64,000 nucleotides of DNA from a virus (Duplodnaviria; Caudoviricetes), in the IMG/VR virus record IMGVR_UViG_3300037067_013617, positions 1 to 64,000 of that record. One strand, given 5' to 3'. The notes beneath the pieces are model-generated. The model made no database searches. It saw only the letters and a program-made list of their open reading frames with translations, and was not told where the DNA came from. This document shows, piece by piece, positions 1-10,073 of the stretch (within the stretch, counting starts at the first letter, position 1; the number at the start of each line of letters is the position of its first letter). A program made the position numbers and the translations under genes.

Positions 1-132
1 TTTATTGTGTGTATATTATCATTGTTAAAGGCAGCGGCGAAGGATAATCGATGTTATATCTGCGGGAAAAGTATTAAGGAAGGGCAGGTTGCGTGTGATG
101 AATGCGAAGGGAAAAATGGGACGGAAGATTAA
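1..132 (+). CDS. 3' end of small hypothetical protein with hydrophobic segment and CxxC...CxxC zinc ribbon (5'-truncated by window edge)
   Basis: Frame 1 reads FIVCILSLLKAAAKDNRCYICGKSIKEGQVACDECEGKNGTED* ending at TAA 130-132; not in the ORF track. Confidence 0.5.
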   Translation, partial: FIVCILSLLKAAAKDNRCYICGKSIKEGQVACDECEGKNGTED

Positions 133-221
133 AAATTTGAAAGAACATATTGAATATTTAAATTTAGATTTAAATTTTAAAATAAAATTATAAAAAATTA
201 AAAACTTATAAGGAGAGTTTT

Positions 222-614
222 ATGAAAAAGTTATTAATTGCTATCATAGTTTTATTCTATTCCTTTAGCTATGCCGGAATATATGGAAGAATTGAAGCAG
301 GAAAAGACGTTGATGATAAAGACATATATTTTACCACTATTAACTTCGGCTACAAATTTACTCTATGGAACATTACCAGTAAAACCTATGGCGGCTGGTT
401 TACCTGGCAGGAAAATAACGCACCGTTTCTTGATACATATACTATCGGACAGTCGATACATTTTAAAGGATTTTTTATTGAAGTAAATCATTATTGCAAT
501 CATAGAGTATTAAGTGATACACATAAAAGCAAAGATGATTTGTGGAATAAATACAAAACAAATCCCCAAGCATTATCAACTGTCTCCATAGGCTATGAAT
601 TTGAATTAGAGTAA
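222..614 (+). CDS. Secreted protein, possibly outer-membrane beta-strand-rich
   Basis: AAGGAG RBS; N-terminal signal peptide (MKKLLIAIIVLFYSFSYA); amphipathic beta-strands; aromatic C-terminus GYEFELE. Confidence 0.6.
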   Translation: MKKLLIAIIVLFYSFSYAGIYGRIEAGKDVDDKDIYFTTINFGYKFTLWNITSKTYGGWFTWQENNAPFLDTYTIGQSIHFKGFFIEVNHYCNHRVLSDTHKSKDDLWNKYKTNPQALSTVSIGYEFELE

Positions 615-854
615 TTATCTCGGATTCGTTCTTACTTCTTGTCCTGCTTCTTGACTCATTTTTTCTTTTGTTGCATAAAATCTTTCTTTAGAAAATTTAA
701 TTATTCGATTATTTACAGGTATTTGAATAGATGTTTCATCTTCTAAAATTAAGATTCTTATATTAAAATTTTCTTTAGCAATAAAATCACCTTTGACCTT
801 TTTTATTTTATGCCAAAAAAATTTTCCCTTATAATAACAAGTATATAAAATCAT
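615..854 (-). CDS. Hypothetical protein following tail fibre (possible fibre-associated chaperone)
   Basis: 79 aa ORF with GGAAGG RBS directly downstream of the fibre gene; function inferred from position only. Confidence 0.45.
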   Translation of the reverse strand: MILYTCYYKGKFFWHKIKKVKGDFIAKENFNIRILILEDETSIQIPVNNRIIKFSKERFYATKEKMSQEAGQEVRTNPR

Positions 855-868
855 TTTTAACCTTCCTT

Positions 869-2398
869 TTATTTAATTCTCATAATATATCTTACAGATA
901 AATATTTGGGTAAATTTGAATTAGAAGCAAAAGTAACATCTTGAGTACGTATACAAGAACCACCTCCATCCGTTTTTGAATAAAAATTCTGAGTGGCAAC
1001 CGTAGCAGGATTGCATCTTGTTGCTCCAGAAGATCCAGTTGGTGATAATTCTATCATACTTATTGCTGTTCCAGCAGCATTATAAAATTGTAGTGTATAC
1101 TCTGGGCTTTGATCTCCGGTATAATTTGCCACTTGATGTTTATGGTTAGGATAAGTAAAAGCAGGTTGATCTTGAACAGTTATATCATTGTCTCCCCCTA
1201 TCCCCCCCGCACTTCCAGAAACATCACCCATTAGAAAACGATCATCTGTCAAGTTAGGTAAATAACGTCCTGCTCCATTAAAGATAGGAGAATCGGCATC
1301 GTTTAAAGCCGAACCATCACATTCTTTCCATTCATCAGATAATTCCATTGAAACAGATGTATATGATCCATTGCTACCATCACCAAAATATCCATGTAAC
1401 CAAGCTATAATGCTTCCAACAGGGACACTTCCTCCCAATAAATTTGCACATTTTTTTACATCATCTCCATCCGACCATGTACTTTTCTCATCAATATTTC
1501 TTATCTCAGTATCAGTTAAATCAGTTGTCGAAGCTCCGACATCTATTTCAGCAAGTTTAAACCATTCATCATCGCCTACATATGGCCAACGGTATGCTCC
1601 ACCTGCACTTACACCAAATACTATTTCGAGCGCATCTTTATCGGCATCGGTTACAGGCGGCTGTATTGCAAAATAACTGCTTTGTCCTGTACCTTCGCCT
1701 GTAAGTACAATAACATTACCTGTACCGGTTGATGCCATTGTATAACCGACAGCTGCGTTTATTAAAGCAATGATTTCGGCTCTGGTTGTAGCGGAAGGAG
1801 TTGATCCGCGAAGATCTATTTCTTGATAATCACCGTCTTCACCATTGCATAAATTCAAAAGATATTTTTCAGTTAAATCTATCGTAGTCGCTATCGCAAC
1901 TGTTCCGGTAAGTTCGGCTGCCGTTGCCGGTGTGGGTGTAGTCGTTCCCTTCTGTGCCCTAGCGCTTAAATAATACCGCATATCACGCTTAACTTCTTCC
2001 AACGTAACAATCGATGTACTTCCGGAAGGCACGGACATTACCTGTACGGTATCACTTTTATCGCTGACGACTTTGACCTGAGCTTCAATAATATCTGTAC
2101 GAGGAGTTCCATCAGCCGCTTGTACGGTTACAACCTGAGCGGTCGGCTCAAGACAGGGTAAAATTACATCAACTGATCTTTGAAAACAAACGCCTGAAGG
2201 TACATTTACAACCATTCCTGAATATGGTTCAACACGTAATCCAGAGCCAACTACAAGAGCTTTACCGGAATCAAATAAAAACATTTTAGCGAATGTACCC
2301 ATATTTCGGTATTCCAGTTCGCCAATTCTTTTCATTACGAGATCGGGCTCGATCTTCTGCCCGTCTGCCATATTTAAAACTCTGATATCGCGTGTCAT
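869..2398 (-). CDS. Tail fibre / baseplate fibre protein with phage tail-collar domain
   Basis: C-terminal collar signature VPVGSIIAW...WKECDGS...LPNLTDDRFLMG...NLPKYLSVRYIMRIK; at end of tail module. Confidence 0.8.
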   Translation of the reverse strand: MTRDIRVLNMADGQKIEPDLVMKRIGELEYRNMGTFAKMFLFDSGKALVVGSGLRVEPYSGMVVNVPSGVCFQRSVDVILPCLEPTAQVVTVQAADGTPRTDIIEAQVKVVSDKSDTVQVMSVPSGSTSIVTLEEVKRDMRYYLSARAQKGTTTPTPATAAELTGTVAIATTIDLTEKYLLNLCNGEDGDYQEIDLRGSTPSATTRAEIIALINAAVGYTMASTGTGNVIVLTGEGTGQSSYFAIQPPVTDADKDALEIVFGVSAGGAYRWPYVGDDEWFKLAEIDVGASTTDLTDTEIRNIDEKSTWSDGDDVKKCANLLGGSVPVGSIIAWLHGYFGDGSNGSYTSVSMELSDEWKECDGSALNDADSPIFNGAGRYLPNLTDDRFLMGDVSGSAGGIGGDNDITVQDQPAFTYPNHKHQVANYTGDQSPEYTLQFYNAAGTAISMIELSPTGSSGATRCNPATVATQNFYSKTDGGGSCIRTQDVTFASNSNLPKYLSVRYIMRIK

Positions 2399-2442
2399 AA
2401 ATTTAATCCTTAAATATCAATAAATTTTTGTCAACTTATATA

Positions 2443-3231
2443 TTACCCACCGGTTACAACTGTTGTAGTTTTAGATGCTGAAATATCAAGAGTAAGACCA
2501 CCGTCTTTTACACCATTATCTGCTGCTGTTAAATATAATAGATTAGCCGCAGATACCATTGCTTGCAAAGCAGTATTCAGTTCTGTCCATGTCACAAATT
2601 GTTTTGTATTACCATTCAGTTCGATTCGGGTAGATCCTGTTATTTTTACGATTGCACTTTTAACTTCTGCTGTTAATAAAGCATCTAATAATATATTAGC
2701 TCCTGATTTTGCATTAAAATCGGATACTGCATTCAATGTTGCACTTCCGGGTAATTCCCCTGAGAATATGCCGGTATAAAAAGCCAGATATGACCCTGAA
2801 AAATGGCCTGTGATAACATCGCTGGCATCGAATAAGGCCTTTGTTAAAGGATTTATATATTGAGCTTCGAGATTTGTATTTCCCCGTCCCTGATAGGGAT
2901 ATCTATTCACGACAAAAGGAGAAGTAACATTTCCATTCTCAAATCCCAGCATAACCATTTGCCCAGGGATGGGCCCTTCGTAAGTTCCATGGATATTTCC
3001 GGTAACAGGATCTACAAAAGCTCCGGGATATGCCACGCTGCCGACTTTTCCCCCTCTAGCGAGTTCTACCGTAACCATAGTTTGCCGATATAATGGTTCC
3101 GGTTGCGCAAATAATATTTCACCGGCAACCATTTGGTATGTTTCCGATGCCTGACGACGAAACGCATTTCCCTGAAAATTACGAACGTGAGTGTCTTGTC
3201 CTAAATTTTTAGATAATATTCGCTGTCTCAT
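2443..3231 (-). CDS. Baseplate central spike (gpV/gp5-like OB-fold)
   Basis: GPIPGQMVMLGFENG (P-x-x-G-x-x-V-x-x-x-F OB motif) followed by beta-strand repeats; immediately after hub gene. Confidence 0.65.
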   Translation of the reverse strand: MRQRILSKNLGQDTHVRNFQGNAFRRQASETYQMVAGEILFAQPEPLYRQTMVTVELARGGKVGSVAYPGAFVDPVTGNIHGTYEGPIPGQMVMLGFENGNVTSPFVVNRYPYQGRGNTNLEAQYINPLTKALFDASDVITGHFSGSYLAFYTGIFSGELPGSATLNAVSDFNAKSGANILLDALLTAEVKSAIVKITGSTRIELNGNTKQFVTWTELNTALQAMVSAANLLYLTAADNGVKDGGLTLDISASKTTTVVTGG

Positions 3232-5003
3232 ATTCTTGATACTGCATTTCTTATATTTTTTAAAGCACTGTATTCACCGTCGCCTAATCCAGCCTCAGGC
3301 GGCAATACCTCAAAATCGAATAATAACATTGCCGTCTGTGCCACACTTGTCGGCAAAGGCACGCCTCTTATCAAATTTAATGTCGTAGTAAAACTTAAAC
3401 TTTCGTTTTCTAAACTATAATCATGTGTCAGGGAATCAATATAATATATTCCGATGTCACGGATATTGTCAACTTTTCTACCGGATAATGATGGTAGATA
3501 AAGGCAATACATTCCCGGACGAGCGTAAGGGATATTTTTTAGAGTTACACTGCCTTCACGGAATCGGGATTGATTTCTAAACCATACTGCGAGTAAATTG
3601 CTAAGCATATTTTTTGCCAATACTCCATTTGGAATTCCAATTAAATTTTTAGCAATTCTTTCTACATAGCTTGCTGTCGCACCAAGTCCGATATAAGTAG
3701 AACAATCGATAGATTGTATCATCTCTCTCCGACCGAAAGTCGGAATACCTCCGCTTGCGAAAGGATTAAGCGGACCAACAGATTTCATCCCCTTATCAGT
3801 AGAATCGGCCATACCCGCGCAAGGCGATTTCGCTCCATACACAGTTCTGAAAACAGTTGCCTGATTTGCACAGTCAAAGCCTAAAGTCTTTTCCTGTATC
3901 ATATCATCTGTTATAATGATAAAATCTCCGCCGATAAGCATTTGTATAACGGATAGATCAAGCATTAATGTCTGCGCCAAATATGCGGTGTTGACTGTAC
4001 CCAGCAATGGATTCGAATATGGAGTTGTTCGCGCAACAACATAATTCAATCCGGGTAATAGCGCCGAAGGCACCCCAAATCCATCTGTAACTATTGTGCG
4101 GCCGCCGCTTTCGGTAAATAATTCCATCCAGGGATTCGGAATAAGAGATTGGATAAAAGACCATAAAGATTGAGATCCGCCAGCTGAATTAAGTTCATAC
4201 ATGCTGGAATCTAACGTCATAAAAGAGGCTAAAGATAAATTCGCTATTCCCCCGTAAGGATTCGGCCAGGCCACGAGTCGAAAGGATAACGGAAAACCAT
4301 CGCTCAGGGTAACGTATTCCGTTAGATTAGTTGCTATAAAAGCATTAAGAATAGCTTTTAATCCGGTTGCAATATTGACTCCGATTAAATTTGAAGTCAA
4401 AGATAATGCTTTCTGCATAGAATCTTTAATTTGCGTTTGCATACCATCAAGCAAAATCAAATCAAGACTAGTTGTTCCCTGATTATAAATGTTTCCTAAT
4501 TCTTCGACAATAACATTATATGATACGGATTTACTTTTATTTTCAATGCTTGTCGATTTATGACACGACCGTACCGTTCCCGTGGTAACGTGGTATCCGT
4601 CAATCCATAACTGGCATAATGTCATTGGTTTAAATAAATCTTCAAGATCAACGCCTAATTCTCCCCAAATTTTTGAATATAAATTAAAAGAAAATTTATT
4701 AAGTAATCTAACAATATCAGCGATAACTCTATTATCCGGTGTCAAAGTGAATGACAAAATACCCCCCGGATTTGTCCTGTCTTTTGTCCATTGAAAATTC
4801 GTAATAATTTTATTTATATCAGTTCCTATTATTTCAATAGGAACAAAGGGCAGTCCAAAGGGAGAAAATAATAATTGAATTTTAGGAACGACATGATTAC
4901 GCGGGTTGGCATACTCCATGCTTGCTTCATATCCGGCATTGAATATGATTTTTTTATCCCCTGATACTACCTGGCCAACAACTGTATTCTTTAGAAAGTT
5001 CAT
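3228..5003 (-). CDS. Baseplate hub protein (gp27/gpD-like)
   Basis: Follows tape measure; C-terminal GSVTLK..PYARPGM...YYIDSLTHDY...FTTTLNLIRG typical of myovirus hub proteins. Confidence 0.7.
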   Translation of the reverse strand: MNFLKNTVVGQVVSGDKKIIFNAGYEASMEYANPRNHVVPKIQLLFSPFGLPFVPIEIIGTDINKIITNFQWTKDRTNPGGILSFTLTPDNRVIADIVRLLNKFSFNLYSKIWGELGVDLEDLFKPMTLCQLWIDGYHVTTGTVRSCHKSTSIENKSKSVSYNVIVEELGNIYNQGTTSLDLILLDGMQTQIKDSMQKALSLTSNLIGVNIATGLKAILNAFIATNLTEYVTLSDGFPLSFRLVAWPNPYGGIANLSLASFMTLDSSMYELNSAGGSQSLWSFIQSLIPNPWMELFTESGGRTIVTDGFGVPSALLPGLNYVVARTTPYSNPLLGTVNTAYLAQTLMLDLSVIQMLIGGDFIIITDDMIQEKTLGFDCANQATVFRTVYGAKSPCAGMADSTDKGMKSVGPLNPFASGGIPTFGRREMIQSIDCSTYIGLGATASYVERIAKNLIGIPNGVLAKNMLSNLLAVWFRNQSRFREGSVTLKNIPYARPGMYCLYLPSLSGRKVDNIRDIGIYYIDSLTHDYSLENESLSFTTTLNLIRGVPLPTSVAQTAMLLFDFEVLPPEAGLGDGEYSALKNIRNAVSRI

Positions 5004-5009
5004 ATCGTA

Positions 5010-6590
5010 TTAACGTGTTATATAATCAAATAACATAGGCAATGCGCCTTTTTTCTGAAGTTTATTCATGAATTCAAACATATTATTTAAGGCGCTTGCC
5101 GATTGTGTTGCTGCTTCTCCTAATTTATTAATGGCAACGGTAACGGTATCTCCGGCCTTATCCGCTAAATTTATCATAGCTCTTTCCATCTTTAAAGAGG
5201 CCTCACCAAAAGTTTGCCCATATTTATAAATTAAATCTTCTCTTTGACGAATTTGTTTAATTCCCATCCCCACTGGTCCTGATTCTACAAATGCAGATTT
5301 ACCGGATAAAATGTCAGCGCCTTTTCCGGATACTCCTCCTGCCGTATTTTTTCCCATTAATAACATCTCAGCCTGAGATTGAGTTTCAGCAAATCCTTGC
5401 GGTACTGCAAAATCATAAAATCTTTGCCGACCTTCTGCTGTATTCCCAAATCTTGCGGCTGCATCTTTTAAAGTTCTTTGTTGTAAGGCAATCGGACTTG
5501 ACTCGGCTGTAAATTTACGCAGTAATGGATAAGCTGCGCCCGGAGCTATTTGCATTAAATCCTGGAATGTGCCGCCTTTATAATTTAATCCTTGCATTTT
5601 TGAGGCTTGCTCATCACTAAGAAAACCGGATTTTCTTAAACTCTCAACATATTCTCCTCCGCCGGGACCGGTTATTCTTTCCATTAACATTTTCTGCGCG
5701 GCCTGAGTCGCAAATAATCCCTGGGCAGATTGAACTTTTCCTGATATAACCTGCCCGCGTACACCGCTAAAATTTTTCATTATCGATAAAGCAGCTTCAG
5801 TGCTTTTCCCTGGAGTTTTCATCGCGATATTGGCCAGATCCCTCGCCATATCCTTAGACATATCACTTGTATTTATTCCTTGTTTGACAGCTTCAGTTAA
5901 GACATCGGCCATGCCATTAAGAAGCATCGGCAATTCCGCCTGAATACCCATTCCTGCACCAATATTAGCGGCTTGTGTATAATTTGCTCCGGCGCGGGAG
6001 AATTGCCCCGCCGTTCGCATAGTTTCTTCTGATGATAATCCGTAAATAGCACCGACATTTAATGCCGTTTGGTTTGGAATAGTTTTTCTTGAGAGAAATT
6101 TCCCCGTAGCCATTCCATAGGCTTTCATCCCCCCGCCCATCTGTCCCGCGGTATAAATTCCGGCGCCTTTTGTCTGGAATCCCCCGATCCCTGCCGTGGA
6201 TAATTGCTCGCTTACCTTTTGTATGTAAGCATTCCCAATTTGATTTATTTTTTGAGCAGCGATGCCTAATGTCGCTATTACTGCACCGAGAATAGGGATA
6301 GACGCGCCAACCCCGCCGATATGTGGTTGCCCGCCTCCTCCGCCGGGTGTACCTCCGCCACCACCAGGAGCTTTTCCGCCCATAGTACGAGCAAGGTTAT
6401 TATTGGAAGCAATAAGTTTCGTTATTGAATTATTGAGAGTTCTTAAAACAGTAATTGATTCTTTATTTCCAGAAAGAGATGCACCGGGTTGATTCCCGGT
6501 AGCATTTTTTTGAGCCTGAATAACTTTTTGCCGGATCCCCGCGGCCTGTTTTCCTATTCCTTTATATTCAAATTTTATTTTATAATCCAT
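5010..6590 (-). CDS. Tail tape measure protein (short, 526 aa)
   Basis: Gly/Ala/Met-rich helical composition; canonical position after tube and chaperones and before hub. Confidence 0.7.
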   Translation of the reverse strand: MDYKIKFEYKGIGKQAAGIRQKVIQAQKNATGNQPGASLSGNKESITVLRTLNNSITKLIASNNNLARTMGGKAPGGGGGTPGGGGGQPHIGGVGASIPILGAVIATLGIAAQKINQIGNAYIQKVSEQLSTAGIGGFQTKGAGIYTAGQMGGGMKAYGMATGKFLSRKTIPNQTALNVGAIYGLSSEETMRTAGQFSRAGANYTQAANIGAGMGIQAELPMLLNGMADVLTEAVKQGINTSDMSKDMARDLANIAMKTPGKSTEAALSIMKNFSGVRGQVISGKVQSAQGLFATQAAQKMLMERITGPGGGEYVESLRKSGFLSDEQASKMQGLNYKGGTFQDLMQIAPGAAYPLLRKFTAESSPIALQQRTLKDAAARFGNTAEGRQRFYDFAVPQGFAETQSQAEMLLMGKNTAGGVSGKGADILSGKSAFVESGPVGMGIKQIRQREDLIYKYGQTFGEASLKMERAMINLADKAGDTVTVAINKLGEAATQSASALNNMFEFMNKLQKKGALPMLFDYITR

Positions 6591-6598
6591 ATCGCCGC

Positions 6599-7021
6599 TT
6601 ATTCCGTTTTTTTATTAATTAAGCCTTTTGCCTGAAGAATATCCCATAGTTGCTGATGGGGAGTCGCAGGATTATCTTCTTTAAAAGTTATTTTTGTTTG
6701 TTCTATATCTTCTTCTTCCGATTTTATTCCGTATTTTTTATTTAAATCCTGTAATAATTTTTGTTTTTCCTGTAATAATTTATCTTTTTTTATATCGTCA
6801 AGATTTTCATTATGAAGATGAGCAAGATCAATTTCAGTTTTATCAAGCTGAATTGTTTTTAAATTTTTAATTTTATGAAATTCTTTTTGATATGAAACCT
6901 GAGTTGTCCATTCTTCTTTATCCGGGATAAAACCGATTAAATAAATTAAGAATATTTTTTGTTCTTCAAATAAATTATTTTTATCAAGATAAGACGGCCA
7001 GATATTAAAATATTTTAACAT
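6599..7021 (-). CDS. Tail assembly chaperone, frameshifted C-terminal part (gpT-like)
   Basis: Frame stays open upstream to 7078, where it begins inside an A9 tract in the preceding chaperone gene; lies between chaperone and tape measure. Confidence 0.65.
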   Translation of the reverse strand: MLKYFNIWPSYLDKNNLFEEQKIFLIYLIGFIPDKEEWTTQVSYQKEFHKIKNLKTIQLDKTEIDLAHLHNENLDDIKKDKLLQEKQKLLQDLNKKYGIKSEEEDIEQTKITFKEDNPATPHQQLWDILQAKGLINKKTE

Positions 7022-7046
7022 GAAGCCGTCTATAAAATATTTATTT

Positions 7047-7406
7047 TTACTTGCCTCCGATAATAGGTCTATTTTTTTTTAATTTTTCTTCGATGCTATT
7101 CGTATATGTTCTTATTTCATTTGCGACTTCATTTATGAGTTCGATGTCTTCCCACTTTATGCAGGATTCGCCTTCCTTAAATTCTTTCGGCATTTCGTCT
7201 ACACAAATATTTACTATCGCAATATTTTCAAAAAATATAAAATCCGAATCTGTCAATGCCGTTACGGGATTTCCATTTTGCAACATCATTCGTTGTTGTG
7301 CAATTTGTACCCGATCCATAGGGGACATATATCTTATTTTGAATTTATATCCCCTGACCGTAATATCTTTAATTCTTTCTTCTTGAAGGTTTAGAATATT
7401 TTCCAT
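7047..7406 (-). CDS. Tail assembly chaperone (gpG-like)
   Basis: 119 aa acidic protein between tube and tape measure; ends LKKN over TTA AAA AAA AAT. Confidence 0.7.
   Translation of the reverse strand: MENILNLQEERIKDITVRGYKFKIRYMSPMDRVQIAQQRMMLQNGNPVTALTDSDFIFFENIAIVNICVDEMPKEFKEGESCIKWEDIELINEVANEIRTYTNSIEEKLKKNRPIIGGK
7070..7082 (-). other. Predicted programmed frameshift/slippage site (+1 or -2)
   Basis: Minus strand TTAAAAAAAAATA; the shifted frame has TAA just before the A-run and is then open into 6599..7021. Confidence 0.65.
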
Positions 7407-7445
7407 TTTCTTTTTCCTTTATTTATTATTATTTTTATTATTAAA

Positions 7446-7904
7446 TTAGCTCGTCTGTAAACCCGGAATCATTCGGCTACCTTTCCATCGAGTAGAGCGC
7501 GTCATAAGAGAACCCTGCGCGACATTTAAATCTCCGCCTCCATATTGAACTCCTAAAATTGTAGCCAATACTATTAACTCATGAATATCCAATAGTGTGA
7601 AGGTATATAGTCCGTTACTATTGATATTGCTGTTCCCATCCGGTTGCCATCCTGGAAGGCTTACTGCTCCCGCGATTGATGCGCCCCTGAGCAAAAATGT
7701 ACCCATAGTCATATCCAGGCCGTATCCGGTACTGATAAAATCACGAAAACCATAATATCCTAATGTCTGGACCCCATCCAACATCATGTCTTCTGCAATT
7801 TGCAAATCCGTAGAATATGCTAGAACAGTATTATCCTGCATAATAAAACAATCTATACCTGACCCGACGGGTCCTCTTGGCGTACCTGCACTTCTAAATG
7901 CCAT
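7446..7904 (-). CDS. Tail tube protein
   Basis: 152 aa beta-rich protein directly after sheath; GGAG RBS. Confidence 0.8.
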   Translation of the reverse strand: MAFRSAGTPRGPVGSGIDCFIMQDNTVLAYSTDLQIAEDMMLDGVQTLGYYGFRDFISTGYGLDMTMGTFLLRGASIAGAVSLPGWQPDGNSNINSNGLYTFTLLDIHELIVLATILGVQYGGGDLNVAQGSLMTRSTRWKGSRMIPGLQTS

Positions 7905-7936
7905 AATATTTTATCTCCTTTCTTTATAGAAAAAAA

Positions 7937-9703
7937 TTATACGTTTTGTCCAGGAACAATAAACGTAAAGAAATTAAATGCGAATCTTGGCGTTACACTC
8001 ATTGTCAGAATTGCAGTAGTATTAAACTGTTCACCATTCTGAGAAAAGACTACGCCGCTGAAGGCTTTTTGTATGCCGTCAACACTGTCTGTTATCCATT
8101 TATAATCATCACGATATTTCGGGAACAAATAAGTTGTAATCCAGTTTTGAATTTTAGCAATTATTACTGAATTTGCAACGGTATCAAGACTTCTTATCTG
8201 TTCAATTATTTGCTCTTCGTAATCCTTTGTCAAAACATTGATAGCGTAAACAACCGAAGGATTAGTACGCGTTACCTGGCTACCCTGATATGTGGTGTTA
8301 TTTACTTTTATTTCAAATTGATTTCCGGCGGTTACATTGACTGTCCGTTGGATAAATGTTGCACCAGCCGCCGCGTAATCTTTTTGATCTTGAGTAGAAA
8401 TCTCAGGAGTAGAAATGACATTGAGATATTTAAATACAACATCCATTCCGACATTATTCGCGTATCTTAATCCTGCAATCATTGCATACAAATAATAAGG
8501 ATAAAAATCAGTCGAAGGAACTTCCTTGTTAACATAATCATACCGCTTGAAAGGACTTACACAATATTCAAAATATGCAGAATTGAGCGCTTTCATTTCG
8601 GTAATTCTGGTTGCTTTTGCTGTTGCACCTGATCCTGCACCAGCTCCGGTTTGCCTATATTTTTTTATTTCCATATCATTCATTCTATCAACATGATCCT
8701 GAACGAGTAAATGGATAGTGTGACTTCCGCTCATAGCTACAATATTATTCAGATCATAATCTTCAAGTTTGAGTAATGCCGCTTCCCAGTCGTCTGTTGT
8801 CGCCGCGGATACGGTACCGCCGGTAAAATACTGGAATTCAGACATATCATCAATTACTGTTCGTGCTGCCGCAGCATGTAACGTTGCAGTCATTTCATCT
8901 GTACTATTAAGTAACCGGATGATAGCCTCCGTTATGCCGACGCATGTATATTCAGAGGTAATATCCTCAGTAGTAACAGCGTCAAATACGGTTGTTATCT
9001 CATCACTTTGTCCTGTGAGTGTGCAGGTATAATTTTCCTGAGTATTTATATAGTTGATAAGGCTTCCTAAAGATGTAAAATCTGCAAGAGTAATATCAAG
9101 ATTATCGTCCGTGGCACCAGTACAAGCGGTTGTCAGCTTTGTTGCTGTAATAGTCATTGTTGCAGGGCTACCCGCTCCGGTGTATAAGATTTTCATCAGT
9201 GCAAGTGTTACATTGTCCTGTTTAATAACATCTTCGCCTTTATAGATGACTTCAACGAGTTTGCCAGTAGTAGATCCTGAGCTTATTTTTATTGCAGAGG
9301 TATTTCCATCTGTCCCAAATTTATTCCATGCGACATCTATAATTGAGGCTGCACTAGCCAGCAATTCTGTATCAGCTTGAGCCATCTGATTTACAACAAT
9401 ACATTTTGCCTGGGAAGGTTTTTTAAAACGAGCATCTTTTGTGGGCGTAAGAAAAAATTCAGCACCGTAATACAAATCTCCGCCGCCAAAAACGCTTAAG
9501 GCTTGTGCCTGGCCTTCGACGACATTTATAACATCTTCGACTTCATCATAGGCATTATAAGGAATTCCGCCTTTAGAGGCCTCACCCATTATAATAACTT
9601 CTCCGATTATAGAACCCGCTCCATCTTCCGCAGGAAAATTCCTTTGTGTATATGGACCTGGAAGTATTACTTTTCGTCCTGCAAAATCATAATAACGTGC
9701 CAT
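7937..9703 (-). CDS. Contractile tail sheath protein
   Basis: N-terminal FAGRKVILPGPYT, IMGEASKG, FGGGDL and FTGGT..ATTDDWEAALLKL motifs of SPO1/Twort-like sheaths; 588 aa. Confidence 0.9.
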   Translation of the reverse strand: MARYYDFAGRKVILPGPYTQRNFPAEDGAGSIIGEVIIMGEASKGGIPYNAYDEVEDVINVVEGQAQALSVFGGGDLYYGAEFFLTPTKDARFKKPSQAKCIVVNQMAQADTELLASAASIIDVAWNKFGTDGNTSAIKISSGSTTGKLVEVIYKGEDVIKQDNVTLALMKILYTGAGSPATMTITATKLTTACTGATDDNLDITLADFTSLGSLINYINTQENYTCTLTGQSDEITTVFDAVTTEDITSEYTCVGITEAIIRLLNSTDEMTATLHAAAARTVIDDMSEFQYFTGGTVSAATTDDWEAALLKLEDYDLNNIVAMSGSHTIHLLVQDHVDRMNDMEIKKYRQTGAGAGSGATAKATRITEMKALNSAYFEYCVSPFKRYDYVNKEVPSTDFYPYYLYAMIAGLRYANNVGMDVVFKYLNVISTPEISTQDQKDYAAAGATFIQRTVNVTAGNQFEIKVNNTTYQGSQVTRTNPSVVYAINVLTKDYEEQIIEQIRSLDTVANSVIIAKIQNWITTYLFPKYRDDYKWITDSVDGIQKAFSGVVFSQNGEQFNTTAILTMSVTPRFAFNFFTFIVPGQNV

Positions 9704-9788
9704 AATTTTATCTCCATTATTAAAATCTAATTATGACACTTTGCCGGTTAAAGCAGGCTCATTCGGTCTTTTTAATTAATTCTAAATA

Positions 9789-10073
9789 TTATTTTTCTGT
9801 TTCGTTATGAAACCTGTTTATAATTTCTTCCCATTCCTGTTTAGTTTTTTTAGGATTCGTTTTATCCTGCGACATAAACCATTTTCGAATTACATTATCT
9901 AAAACACGTTTGCGATTATAAAAAGATAAATATTGATTTAAAGATATAGTTTGAGAATTAACCCTAATAGAACTATTTCCAATCTGAACAGTTTCTTCTT
10001 TCGCTGTAACTTGTTCTATTTTATTCATAGGCATTTCGTCTTCGTCAATTTTATATTTATCTTTATGTCTCAT
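9789..10073 (-). CDS. Hypothetical protein (neck/tail region)
   Basis: 94 aa ORF overlapping the upstream gene; no recognised motif. Confidence 0.55.
   Translation of the reverse strand: MRHKDKYKIDEDEMPMNKIEQVTAKEETVQIGNSSIRVNSQTISLNQYLSFYNRKRVLDNVIRKWFMSQDKTNPKKTKQEWEEIINRFHNETEK

Noticed and set aside
869-5003. Apparent absence of baseplate wedge (gpJ/gp25-like) genes as a novel minimal baseplate
   Set aside because: The window is partial and these genes may lie outside it; cannot be judged here
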